Shown here piece by piece: positions 13,874-27,500 of a DNA stretch of 64,000 bases; position 1 is the first letter of the stretch, and each line of letters begins with the position of its first letter. The notes beneath the pieces are model-generated. The model was not told the origin of the DNA and did no database searches. It was given only the letters and a program-made list of their open reading frames with translations. The DNA is taken from positions 4,898,001 through 4,962,000 of the forward strand of contig JAQFVV010000002.1 of the NCBI GenBank assembly GCA_028023455.1. Direction: 5' to 3'. The position numbers and the translations under genes are program-made. The stretch comes from Epiperipatus broadwayi. Lineage: Eukaryota; Animalia; Onychophora.

Positions 13874-16499
13874 GAACATTTATCTTTTTCACATGTGGAT
13901 GACTTAAAGGAGCTTGAAAGTCTGGATACAAATCCTCTCTAATTATATATATATAATAAAATATGTATATTTGTATAAAACCTTGAATAAGGTTTTTAAT
14001 AAAAATATATATATATAAAGCTTTTATTTACAGATTTTTTTTTAATATGGCCACCATAATTATCAATCAGTAAACAATTGCTAAATAGCTTAATAATGAC
14101 TTACGCAAAATTTATCACATTCTTATTTACTTATGGTATGTATCAGCATATTCTTCATTCAATTTTGAAGTGAGTTGAAATTGACATTGAGACTGTCTGA
14201 AGTTTTATAAATGTGATGAATGCCATTTAACATTTATTTTGGAAGACATCACTAGTATGATCATCAGCATTTATCTCTTTAATAATCTAATGCATGGTTT
14301 ACCATGTATGGATCTTATTTCTAATAATAATTTATATATTACTAGTTCATAGTCTAAATGCAATTTTAAATTTTACAGAAGCTTTTTTCTGACTTCAAAT
14401 TTCCTATTAATATAATTTTTGTTTTATTTTTGTTTGCTTAGATAATTTGTTAAAATTGTAACATGTCGATTAAATTTGTAATGCTGAAATTCTGGAACCA
14501 TTTTCATATTGCATACTTTAAACTAATGAAGTATATTTGTGAATCATATTATCTAATATTATTAGCCATTTTCAATAAATTTTCTTAAGATAATAATTGC
14601 ATTAGTAAAATAAAATAAAAACTAAGTATATTATATGTGTTTGCCTGAAGATTTGTAAAGGTGGCATTTTAATTGTATTTATATGTTGAGTTGGTTAGAG
14701 TTTTATCTTAAAATTCAATATTCAAAAAACTAAAGGCCGAAATTCAAATTTCATGCTAGTACTGTTAGTACTGTCACCTGTTGTTAGTACTGTCGCCTGT
14801 CTGACCAGCATCATCTGAATAAGAGAGAAAAATAATACCACTTGAAATGTTGTGTATATCTTAACCTGTTTTATTGACAACTGAATGTAATTGGAAAATT
14901 TAAATAAAGTTACAATTTTTAATGACATTTGATGTGAAATACTAGATGGTAGAAGTAGTCCAATATATAAATTCTAACTAATATTATATGTGAATCTTAA
15001 TCTTAATTTCATTATTTAGTATAAAAATGAAACTGATATATACATTTTCAAAATCATTATATGAATGCATCATAATTTGAAGAAGTTATTATTATTATGC
15101 AATCAGTCATGTGTATTAGGTGTGAGTAATCATATTAAAAGATGTAAACATTATATAAATATGCAGGAAAGTCTCACATGCAAGATTAATTTATTTTCAT
15201 CTATTAAACTACAATTGACATTTTTTCAAATGACAAAATATTATATAGTTTAATAAACATTGATGACCATGTTATAAGCATAACATATTCAATTTCATAT
15301 ATCTTTAAATATAAATTTAAATTAATTTTAAAAAATTAAATGTATTGATAATTTATTCACATCAAATTTCTTACTACACACATAAACTTTGAGCATCTGT
15401 TTAAGCATGCACACTAAATTATTATTGTTAAATTAAAAATCAAACCCTTTTTCCTTTGAGCAACTTTTCTCAAAATATTTTCTGCTCATTTTGGAAAAGG
15501 GGTTTCTCAAGTAAAAATTGGTTGGAAAGCAAAATAAATAAAGTTAAAATATAATAATTCATTATTCTGAAAGTAATAACTAAATACTAGTTTGCCAATA
15601 CCTACATTAAGATTTTATCACATGATATATATAAAACCAAAACTGCCTAATATATATATATATAGTCTTACCATTATTAAAATAAGTGCTTACATCTGTT
15701 TCATTTATAAATTTCTGATTTTCAAGGTATATGAATTTTTTGGGCAATCCTAGGAAAGTTATCAATGAGTTGATCCACTTTAAGTAACAATTACTACTAC
15801 GAGTTGATTATTAAAAGTACATTTCTTTTGATATACAATCATCAGTTATTTTTCTTATTATTATTTCAGTTTAGTCACAAATAATAATTTGATAAATTCT
15901 ATCATTCTTTGATCTCCAATTTATGATGATTAACATTGGTATGTTTCTTTCTATACCATGATCTATTTACATGTTAAACACAATCAGTTGATCTAATGAT
16001 AGGCATCACTTTTTCTTTACTAAGGCAATATTTTATAACCTTTTTTATGGACCTACATACCAGGGCAGAGATGAAGACATGTAAATGAACTAGAAATTCA
16101 TATTAAAGCAGCACAAACATTTAATTTGTCTAGCCATTACATAATTATTTTATGATATTAAAGGTATTCTCCCATTGGCAAATATAAAACTTGTTGTATT
16201 TAACTTTGTTATGAAAAATACAAAGCTTCTGCTATAAGTCCTTGGCCTAATCTGCTAGATATCTAAGTTCTAATTTCAATCAATTATCTCCACTAATTTA
16301 TAACTAACCATTACCACATTTCAAATACCTTAACTATCTAACTCCTAAATTACCATATCAATTTTAATCAATCGATATTTAATTAAATTTTTCTTTAGCA
16401 GCAATATTTTTTTTAAGTTAAAAACAATAAAGTGATAAGAAAAAGTAGAGAAAATATACTGCTTTTGTAAATTTGAGTTCTCTTTGAAAATAAACTGTA

Positions 16500-16663
16500 T
16501 ACAAAATTAACAAAGCGTATGCCACACTTGAATGAGAAGCTATAAAGATACACAGAAATTATTACACGCTAAGCGCTTTCGAGGTCTTTTGCCTCATATT
16601 CATAGCGGTACTGTGAGCTGCAGAATGAAAAAATAGGGCAAGGGAAACAAAACAATACTTTAC
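16500..16663 (-). mobile_element. Family D short HHR-bearing insertion
   Basis: A 164-bp segment flanked by the 13-bp direct repeat aaaataaactgta (16487-16499, 16664-16676); it contains the HHR-like motif below. Confidence 0.7.
16551..16615 (-). ncRNA. Variant type I hammerhead motif with an A3:U8 core pair
   Basis: Minus strand reads cacag-tac-cgct-ATGAATA-T-gagg-caaaaga-cctc-GAAA-gcgc-TT-agcg-t-gta-ataattt-ctgtg. All three helices pair and helix III is the palindrome AGCGCT. Confidence 0.6.
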
Positions 16664-17199
16664 AAAATAAACTGTACTAAATTTGATAACTTGATAAGTT
16701 TTTGTTTAATATTTAATTTTAACAAACCTAATATATTTTGATTTACAATAAACAAATTTCGATCTGTTTCATTTTCTCTATATTATTTATTTAATACAGA
16801 GAAGTAAAATATCTAACAAAGAGCATATTGACAAATCCTATCATTATTATCAGAATTTAATTTACCCACTCTCTACTTTAGCCTATACACTATTGTAATG
16901 CCTTTTTTTTACCTTGTAGCTGGTTACAAAAAAGCTACAGTATTCCTGCCCATGATGTTGAATAAAAGTTAATCAAATTACCTTTTATTATGTATATTGG
17001 TCTTAACCTATTTTATTCCAACTTTACATTTAGTTGTTCATTTTCATCATGTTTGGCTATTTTTTGCTTTCTTTATCTTTTGTATCACACCTTTTTAGGC
17101 TACCATAAATATTTTTACTATGCTAGTAATAAGATGTATATGATAGGGCATAAAGTCATCATTAGTTTGCTTTTGAGTTTGTTTATTTCTTTTTTATAA

Positions 17200-19335
17200 G
17201 ATTTGACTGGCTCCCAACAATTTGAATGATATGAATACTGACTCACAATCCTGGTATAGACAGAAAATTTTAATCCCTAAAACATAAGTACTCAACAACA
17301 CATACGTACCAGTAGAGCTATTACACTTTAAACACCATAAGTAAATCAAAACCCAGATTATAAAATTAATAAACAATCTTTGGAAAACTGAAGCCTTGCT
17401 CATGGGAAAACTATGAATTTCAGAGCCTCGTGTCTCATAGTACAGTATTGTTCATAACAAGCAATCATATATATTACTTATAATACTTCACTCATATACA
17501 CTTTAATGCAAATAATTTTCTTAACCTTTATTTTCTTACAGTTTCGACTGTAAGGAGGATTAAGCTCTGACAAAGACTGCTGGTCAGTCGAAACTAAGAA
17601 AATAAAGGTTAAGAAAATTATTTGCATTAAAGTGTATATGAGTGAAGTATTATAAGTAATATATATATATGATTATATGAAGATATGCAAAGAAAGTGAA
17701 GGAGAAGAATAACATAGTATACTTCTGATAACAAGCAATCATAATGAAAACATATAAAGATTGGTTTTAAGATTTAAAGATTATTTCAAATAGACTTTAC
17801 AATGGGGTAAGTATAGTGCTGAAATATATTGATTCATGGAATAACATGAACACACTGTATTCTCATGTGAACCAATGATAAAACCACCATCCATCACCAA
17901 AACTGAAAATACAATAAACATACATCAACAAATACAAGCATCTCCAATGTCTGAAAATATCTTCTCTTTTCCACTTTATTTTGGACCTTTATCTTTTTTT
18001 TGTTTACATCTGCATTAAGAGTGTAACTATACCCCATTCTAGGTGATTGATGTTTATGATCACATTGGTGATAGTCCTCACCTTTATTGATATGTGATCC
18101 ACTTCCAGTTTGTTTATTTGCATTCTAGATGAAATACTGGTCAACCATCTTTTTCTATTTTCCTTACACGGTGGTTGTCCTTTTTTCCATACTAGCTAGC
18201 ATTGATGCAAAGGTCATTATTCCTCTAAATGACATTTAATGTGGAGCTTTAGATCTTTTTTGTTTTTCAGTTGTCACAGGTTTGCTGCTGCTTTACACAT
18301 CCAACAGCTCAGTAATCTGTACAAAAACCTGTTTTACCTGGTTTCAAAAATCATGATTTACATTTCTGATGAACTGGAATTCTAGTAGAAGGTCAACTGT
18401 TAGAACTTTAATTTAACACTTTTCTTCTGAGAATAAAATGCATGGTTAACCAAGATAACCCCTGTGATATTTTATGTTTAATGCCTTCCTGGAAATCATC
18501 ATTTCAGTATCAATTTAGTAAAGCTTTCTTGATATCATTAAATCTATGGGGGTAGGTAAATAAGGATTCTACTAAACTTGGGATGCTGTTTCAGATGGTT
18601 AGAACTGTACAGAACTTTGCTCTAACCAGCATCACATTTAAGCTGAAATATCTTTCCATTCAGTTTAAATATTCAACTAAGGCCTCACCCATATTATCCC
18701 AAAAGCTTCTGATTTTTAAAAACTGGTTTATCATGTAAGTGAAAATCTGGATTAAAATTCATTATTTTGATTTAATGCCCTGTATTTCTCTTTTTGGTGA
18801 AGTTATATTCAATCCATTAACCTGATCATCTTCTTTGTAGTTAAGTCTCTAACTTTTCTATTCTGTTAATAATTTTCTTCTATTGGCTGTCTTTTTTATG
18901 TTGGATTTTCTTAATATACTTTTCATGTTATCAATCTCTTTTTATACCAGCTCTCAACTTTTTTCCATTTTCTACCTTTGCCAATTATACTATATTCTGA
19001 AACTGGCTTATTTTGCTATCCTGCTCTTTATTCTTATTGATCTCTTGATGGACTTCCAATTTATTAATCAAGCTCCACAATTCTTCCTGTAACCTCTTTA
19101 TGCTTTCCTTTTTTTTTTTTGAGATTGACCATCTTTTATCTCCTTTCATCATTCTTTATTTCTTTTTTTAGTTTGCTTTGATCATATTTTATCACTTTCA
19201 GTTGGATTTGACTATCTTCAGTATTTTACTCTATCTCTATATATAACATATTATCTCCAATCATTTGAATAGCCATCTTGTCTAATTCCTTCTTTAATAT
19301 TTCTGTGAATAGGCTCATCATTACCATTGTCTCAT
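17200..19335 (-). pseudogene. Degenerate Ty3/gypsy-like gag(-protease?) relic
   Basis: A-rich minus strand with a coiled-coil-like start (MDDETMVMMSLFTEILKKELDKM). Capsid-like GEALVEYLN*MERYFSLN at 18636-18689 is homologous to the 56.2-kb copy. A possible protease C-terminal motif LGFDLL lies near 17345. Boundaries are approximate. Confidence 0.45.
17470..17727. mobile_element. Family C fold-back insertion with a degenerate HHR
   Basis: Near-perfect ~88-bp inverted arms at 17463-17550 and 17585-17674, plus a ~53-nt tail on the right arm. A 16-bp TSD ataacaagcaatcata lies at 17454-17469 and 17728-17743. CTGACAA-a-gactg-ctggt-cagtc-GAAAC at 17567-17594. Confidence 0.8.
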
Positions 19336-22300
19336 CATCCATATTTCTCCTACCTGTTTATCATTAATGTTGACAGTTACTGCCATGCATGGCTCTGTAG
19401 TCTCTGTCTGTGTTGTCACCAGTAAGTACATTTTTTGCTTTATCCTATGTTTGCATTTTTTCTTTTGCTCTTATATCATCTATGTATATTTATCAAAACA
19501 ATCATTCACTTTTCTTTTTGCTTCTATTAAATTAATCAAGTGTCCAGATAATGACATTCAATAATTTTCATCAGATTTTATTTTTAATACTTTAGCTTAA
19601 AATATCTTTCTTAACCCTCCCCATGCTTGATTGATGGTTTAATTACAAGTATAATGTTATCTTAAGATTCCTTGTTTCTAATTATAACTCTGCAAGAAGG
19701 TTATTGCCAACATCAGTTTTGGATAAATCTGAAATGCAAATGTCCCACACACATTCTTGTTATTAACATAAGTATACACAGATATCTCTGTAGGTTTATT
19801 TTAAAAATGTAAATATTATAAAATAATTATGCCCTAATACAAAATAATCTAAATATATATATACTGCAATAGATTTAGAATAGTCTCAAATAAAATTTAT
19901 TTTAATTAAAAGATAACCCATTTTCTATCATCTATAATTTTAAGTTAAAATATTAATATTTTATAAATATGAGGTTATTTGTGTGTGTGTGTTGTTTTTT
20001 ATGAAATTTTTATTTACTATTGGCAAGATGATTTATGATAAAAGTTGAATAAATTACTTATTTGAGTATTTATTATTTAATTCCTGCTTCACCACTGAAC
20101 TTGGTCATTCATAAGATGATATAGAATGTTGTCTTGAGAAGAAAATGAATGAGGTGGCAGTGAAAGGTTAGGATAAAAGATTGTAGAGTGTGATAGTTAC
20201 ATTCAAAGAAGTAACATTTCCATATATATAATTATTGCTATGCCATAATTATTATTGATAGAATTATCAGAATCTGTATTGACATTTTATTATATCTAAT
20301 CTATCCTATTGTGGTTCAGTAAATTGATAATCACATATTATGCCTATTGTGCAAAGTTGCATTAAATCTTCTTACACAAAATTTATAGTTATGTAGTGCA
20401 TTTAAATTTTAATACATTTGCAAAGCTATTCTTAGTATTGCTGTAGTTATTATTTGATCCCCAATGATAGTATAACAAATTACACATGTTTTGTAATTTA
20501 TTTTATTTGAAATCATCAAAGATTGTCTATTTTCTCTTTGTCATTGATCAGCATCTTCCATCTGATCTCTAATTTCATTGCTGTCTGACTTTCCTAGGGA
20601 AATCATTAGGAACATACAAAATAATATATCATTAACAATACTTTGAAGAAATTAATTAAACCCTAAATATGAATGTTTATTTTATTATTTTCAAGTCACT
20701 TGCTGCCTAAATACAGTGCCTAATAATCATGCATTTTAATTGTATCAATCTTTTAATTAGCCCTCACCACAACTAAACATCATGGTTATCTTGCACTGAA
20801 CTAAAAGTGCATTCAACTTGAAAGAGCTAAAATAATAAACATTTACATTTAAGAAATATTATCTTTTTCATTAATATCCATTATTACTAGTGTGTTATTT
20901 ATTATAAATATATATTGGATAAGTTTTGGGGGGAAAATAAGATTGTGATTTTTACTTATATTAGTATTTGAGTAAAATATATTTTAAAATTAAAAAGTAT
21001 TTTTTCTCTCATTATATAAAAGGCTAAACAAAATAATGAGTAATGTTTTTGTTTCTGCAATAAGATAATATGTTTATTCTTTTTAAACACAACATAATCA
21101 ACTATTAACTTGCATTAACTATTATTATAATTATTTTTACTATTATTATTTCTATTAGTGTTATTATTAGTTATTTAGGAACTTCAACTATTATCAGTCA
21201 TATTAATAATATTTGTTTACTTAATCATAAAATTAGATTTTTGAGCCATCAAACGCAGATTCATTATTGAGATGACAGATTTTATCTATCTGTTTGTTGA
21301 ACAACTTTTAATGTTTCAACATCATGCTTTCAAAAAATTATGCACTTCTAATTAAATTAGCTAGTTTCTAATGTGTCTATAATATGACAAAATTATATGG
21401 TAAATTTTGTTTCAAAACAGAGTTTAATTTTCATAAGTTTTCATATACATCTGAACATAAAAATATCAATATTTTTGTTATATATTTTTTATGTTTTATT
21501 TCTAAAAGCCTAGAAATTTATTTTCAGGAATGCAATAAAATAAGTAGTGTTAAAATTAAAGAGTATAGTTAACACCCAAAATTCATCATTAATAAATAAA
21601 TAAAATTGTGATATTATAAAAAATGGTGACTAACAATTTCACATTATCATTAACCACATATCCAGTTGCATACCTTTAAAATATTAGATTTGTTACATTA
21701 TTTAATGGTAAAGTTTGTGATTAATATTATAATTATCTAATTATAGATTATGCAAAGTAAATTATCCAATTTATTTGAAGCCATGAGCAAAACAAAAGAT
21801 TGTTTAGTATTGTAAGTTTTCATCTAGGCTTAATATTAAGCCAATCATTAATATAATTTTGACCTGAAAAATTCATTGTAAATTTTTAAGATTAATTTTA
21901 GAAAAAAAAACTGTTTCTTGTAAATAATATGCATGTTTTTTTTAAACTTAATTTTGATATATTTTTCTTATATAATAAGTATGTGATATATAAGCCTATT
22001 TTTAACATCTAAAAATGAGGCACTTTGTATTCACCAGAAGACTCAGAAAGTTTTTAAAGTATTTAAAAAGAAGTGAGTGGAAATGAATATTTGATCTGTA
22101 GACTATTAACAGCAAATAATGGTATTCAAATCGAAAATAGGATAAATATTTATCCAATGAAAAAATTAATGGCAAATTGAAAATATTTGAAATATTATAA
22201 TAGATTAGTAAAAATATTCAAAGTTAATAGTTCAAGAATTTATTATGTATATGTGTTTGTATAAAAAAAAATTTAAATGGGCAGAGAATATATTACAGAT

Positions 22301-22417
22301 ATTTAATTATGCAGAATGGGAAAAGTAGATATTGAAGTAAGTAAGAGGGGGTAAATTAATACAAAAAAATAAAAGTAAATTAAACAATAATTTAATAGTT
22401 TTTTTTTAAATGTCAAA

Positions 22418-22501
22418 GCATCAGCCGGGACGTGAACCCCGCAACCCGGGCAACTGCCTGCAAGTGCAAGGCAGTCGCGCTGACCTCTTGACCACCAATG
22501 C
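22418..22501 (-). pseudogene. tRNA-Gly-like retrocopy or SINE head
   Basis: Minus strand GCATTGGTGGT...GCCCGGGTT...CCCGGCTGATGC matches eukaryotic tRNA-Gly termini as I recall them. It has a 7-bp acceptor stem, A/B-box-like motifs and two short internal duplications. An A9 tail (plus-strand T run 22399-22407) and imperfect flanking repeats acaa(a)taatttaa at 22384-22395 and 22505-22517 are present. Confidence 0.55.
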
Positions 22502-23699
22502 AAGACAAATAATTTAAGAGTTATATAACAATATCTATATATAAACATTAAATTAAGCATAGCTGAATGTATATATGTAAACAGAGAGCTCCCCCAGGCT
22601 AAGAATTAAAAGCTCTCTAAATGTTGTTATAAAAACTTTAACTCCAGATAAGTACAGATAAGGATAAAATTTTGAACATTTGATTTTCAAAATGTAGCAT
22701 AGTAAAAGATAATCAGAATAAATTGCAGAGACTAGAGGAATCATAAAGATGAGTTTGGGAGTTTTCTATAGATATTTGTGATAAGAGCATAAACCTACAA
22801 ATAGTATATTAGAATTATATAAATTAATAGTTTAGTGCTGTGTACATATACATAATTATGCAGAAGGAAATTAACCTTCAAAATTGTACTTTTTCTTTTA
22901 ATATATAAATCTATGCACACTCACCCACCAGTAAAAGATTTGCTTAGAGTTTATTTTTATATAAGCCAACCACTACTCACTATGCTTAACTCAGGGCTTC
23001 AAACTATTCTGTGCTTGATGTTTTGATTGACAACTGAATTGTATACATTTGGTTGATATATCACAGGGAGAAAGTTTTTTATTTTAATCACCTGTGATTA
23101 AGCAATATTATTTTAGAATACATATAAATTAATAGTTTAGCTCTGTGAATATATATGCAATTATGTAGAAGAAAATTAATCTTCAAACCTATGCAATACA
23201 TTTTAGTGTATTAATCTAGGTACACTCCTGTGATATATCAACAAAATTTGTACATTTCATTTGTCAATTAAAATCCAAACACAGAATAAGATCAAGTCCT
23301 GGTTAAGCACAGTCAGTAAGAGTTGGTTTATATAAAAATAAGCTCTAAGCACAATGATTCACTTGCGTTTTTAAAACTCATACTAACAGGTGAATGCATA
23401 TAGATTTATAAACTAAAAATAACAGTGCAGGTTTGAAGATATTAGAAATAGTAAAACAGCCTTTATTAAAGTGAATAAAAGAAAAATAAATATGTCACTG
23501 ATGAGTAAATAATTTTATGATTGCAGATTGGAAGGAAATATCGAGAGAATGGTGAGTAAATGAGTTTATAACAATATAAAAAGAATTTCAAAAGAATCAT
23601 GCTTAAATGTGATATTATGTTGAATATCAAGAAAATTTTAAACTTCATTTAAACTTTTCAAATACATTCAACTGTTAGTAATAACATACAAATAGATTA

Positions 23700-23875
23700 C
23701 AACAAGTTAGTAGATTACACATCATTTCAAGTGATATTATCTGTGCTCTTCTTCAGGTGTTTCTAACCTGACCAAAGACAATAATACCATGAGAGTCAAA
23801 CATATTGTTGAATATCGAATTTTAAGGTCAGTAACACCAGAAGAAGAGTGCAAAACATTATGTAATCTATTAACC
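23700..23875. mobile_element. Possible family E decayed fold-back with HHR-like cores
   Basis: Minus strand 23717-23760 reads acac-CTGAAGA-N21-GAAA-tgat-gtgt. An inverted, deleted copy acac-CAGAAGA-agagtgc lies at ~23834, and both share the downstream gtaatcta(c/t)taac. Confidence 0.35.
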
Positions 23876-24565
23876 TATGTTTTCTTTTTAGTGTTATTAC
23901 TAATAGTTGCTTGTATTTGGAAAAATGTAAATAAAGTTTAAAACTTTTAAGACATTCAACATATAATGATAGATAATGGAAATAATCCAATCTATTATCA
24001 CATCTAAAATATCATCATCGCAAACCATCATGCAAATCATATGTTTAACATGATTAACAAATTCTCTGAATATATAAACTAATCTTAGAAACTTTTGATT
24101 TTATCTTTATATTAAAAAAACATTTGCATTTCATTATTAATACATTTTGTGAATAATGTAAATTATATAATGACTCTATATCATTAAAGTTTAAGCAATT
24201 TTAGAAATTAAAAAATAATAATTATAATGCCCAAATATTCATCATATTATGATAATATTATATAACATTTTTTCTATTTACATACTAATTTTTTTGTGTG
24301 TAAAAACAATGTGTGTTGAAATAAATGCAAATGTGTTATTATTTTGGTGTGTGTGTGCATACGTGTGCATGCACACATTTATTTCAGATGCATATCAAAT
24401 ACGTATACAAATAAATTGTTATATAATTATTTTTAAATATTTAAAGAATCAAAATTATTTTAAAATAAATATTTCCTTGCAAATCATAGACACAAAATAT
24501 TTTGTTATAACTATTATTTGATTTACATCTTTGATAGCTTGAATTTCAGTTACGATAGTGTAAAC

Positions 24566-27500
24566 TGGTGGTCTTCAACCTTTTCACATCTGCAGACCGG
24601 AAAAAATAAGGATAAGATTTTGCGGACCAGCACAAGTCTACAGATAAATTTTCTTAAAGATTTAAATTGCTTAGCCTTAGATGAGCATAATTGTTATAAC
24701 TGACCAAAACAATACATTAGTTACTGTGAATTGTAATGGTGTTGTTTATCTTCACATGCTGAACACTCTTTCTCGAGTACAGAAAACAGTACAATAACAA
24801 TCATTCTCATTAATGTGCCTGCATTGCTATGTTTATTGTTTCATTGTTAAAACATGCAAGAATAAAATGTTATTCACCTGAATGTTGGGAAATATCTGTA
24901 TTTAATGTTAATATTCAAAATGAAGTTTTATATATATATGGAGTTTGTATAATAAAAACCTTTTTTTTTTTTAATTTTGAATTTTTTTCGAAAAATAATA
25001 AAAAATTTGACTCTACCCCCCCTCCCCCCATAAACATCTGTGATAACTAGAAAAACAAATTAATTTATGTATGATTGATTAGTTTTTGTTTTTGTTCTGT
25101 TTCTTTTTTTTTTAATTAAGTAAAAATAAGATTAAAATAACATCAGATTGCATTAGTTGTTTACTCTTGAAATCACCTGAGGACCACCTGTAAAGCCACT
25201 GAGAAAATTGAGCTGAAAAGTTGTTTTGGTAAAGAGTCACATAGAAATAAAACAATCATTATAAAGATGTCATTTTGCTAAAAAAAAAAAAAAAAGATAA
25301 TAGATTTACATTCTTGCTGAAGTGAAATCATCATCAATGATCTGTAGAATTAAAATATTTTCAGGTAGTCAACGGCCTTTTACAGTTAAAGATTAAAATT
25401 ATGATTTCTGATGATGATTATAATAATTACTAGAAATTATAAAGAAAGCGTTGAAATGAACAGTCAAATATATCTGTAAATCAAATGGATAGCCAGCATA
25501 TGAGTGATTACAATTTATGTGGTCGATGAGTTCCGTTATATATTGGTTCAATTACATATTGAATGACTCCTTCCATTCAGGTGGGTGATTGTGTTCTTAT
25601 CACTATATATATAATTAGTTTGAATTCCAATTAAAAAAAGAAACAATCAGCTTTTAAGGCTTAAAAACATAGTAATTAGAGCAAACATTTTCTCATATTA
25701 AACTGCATTTAAAAAATTCTACAGCTTCATCTAACATAGAAATCAAAACTATTGTAGGTAATATTTTATTTACAAAAAAATCTAAATTCTAAAATTTTTT
25801 ACCTACCTAATGTGATGTCTGCTGTTGTTTTTTTGTTACTAAATTTGATATGTATGGCTGTAGCGTTGTTTCAGAAAGACGAAGTGCTGCTTTAACATCC
25901 ATTCTATTTCTTTGTTTATTTTTTATTATAGACATTGCTGAAAATGTTTTCTTGCATAAATACGAGGTTGAAAAAATCACTAATAATTTGATTGCTTTGT
26001 AACTAAAAGTTGGATATTCTTTTTCAAATGATAGCCAAAATTGAGACAACAATTGCATTTTATGTCTGGATATCAGAGTAAGATCAGGTGACAATTCGAT
26101 CAAATTTTCTTTTTCATGAGATTCAAGTGCACAAGAGTTTACATCTTCCAAAAAAGGGTTATTAATCCAGAGATTACCTTTACAAGGATCCTCACTTTCA
26201 GGAAAATAATTATCAAAGTTTTCAGCTAACGCTCTTAAATGCTGACTAATTATGTTAAATATGACTTTCTGGTTGACATTAGCAGCAGTCAAAAATTCTC
26301 CTAAAAGTAGAAACATATCTATATCTTTTTGTTGTACATGACTATCCCAAAATGACAGCTTTTTTCTGAATGCGTCCATTTTATTTCTCAATATAAAAAT
26401 ATTTGTACAAGGTCCCTGGAGGGAAAGATTAAGCCCATTAAGAAGGTCAAATATATCCACTAAGTATGCAAGTTTAGCCATCCATTCATCATTCAAAAAA
26501 GGTTCTACTAGGTCTGATTTCCACTCTAGCAAAAACTGTTTTACTTCTTCTCTAAGTTCGAAAAGACATGGAAGAACTCTTCCTCTTGATAACCACCTCA
26601 CTTCTGCATGTAGAAAAAGATGTTGGTGGTGTGATTCCATGCTCTCACACAATATTGTGAATAATCTGGAGTTCTTTGCTCGACTACGAATTTCATTAAT
26701 AATTTTAACAGCATCATTCATTACAATATTTAATTCAGCAGAAAGCTTCTTTGCAGCTAGTTGTTCTTGGTGGATCATGCAGTGAGTGAACAAAATATCC
26801 AGGTGTGTGACTTTCTTTATTTTTATAACTACTCCTGAGTGACATCCAGTCAAGCTACAGCACCATCCATACATACTCCTACACATTTACTCCAGTCCAA
26901 ACCTTGTGTTTGAAAATACTCATCAAAACATTAAATATTTCTGACCCAGTAGTCCATGCAGGTAAATCAAGGCAACAAAGAAGTTCTTCCCTTAAGTCTT
27001 TATCTTCATTATATCTCACAAAGCAGAGTAGAATAGCATGATTACTCACAACAGTTGATTTGTCAAGCTGAATTGCAAAACATTTCGATTTTTTAATGCC
27101 CTCTATAACTTGTTCTTCAATATATGTGGCCATATCAACAATTCTCCTCCTAATAGTAGTATCTGAAAGTGATACAGGGTTTAGTTTTTTAGCAGCTTGG
27201 GGACCCAAAATTTCTTGTACAACATCCAAGATACAAGGCTTTACTAAATGGTTTTTTTGTTTTAGCTATTCGAAGAGTAAGTAAATAAGATGCTTGAAGC
27301 AGTGATTTGTCACTAATCATCATCGTACTCATTTGATTTATCTGAATTTTCATTTGATCATGTAATCTTTCAAAAAAGTTTAATGGCTTATGGGTACGTT
27401 CTCCATGCTTTGAATGCAAATGACATGCAAGTTTGGAAGGTTTCATAGCTTCGTTTGACAAAATTTTGGAACATACTTCACACAAAGGCCCTGGTGATAG

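Larger units (their letters stand above)
13335..13944. mobile_element. Family B fold-back element with an HHR motif in each arm
   Basis: Inverted arms ~13335-13575 and ~13737-13944 (the left arm has a ~40-nt insertion). Unrelated in sequence to family A. Possible low-complexity TSD attatatatat at 13309-13319 and 13942-13952. Confidence 0.75.

Noticed and set aside
14740-14830. Minus-strand CAGATGA-tgctggt...actagcat-GAAA resembling the family B core
   Set aside because: U4 is changed, a tandem duplication fills loop II, and there is no helix I pairing; at most a dead fragment.
18360-18400. CTGATGA-actgg/ctagt-aGAAG hammerhead-like string
   Set aside because: GAAA is not intact, helices I and III are unconvincing, and it lies within the gag-like relic.
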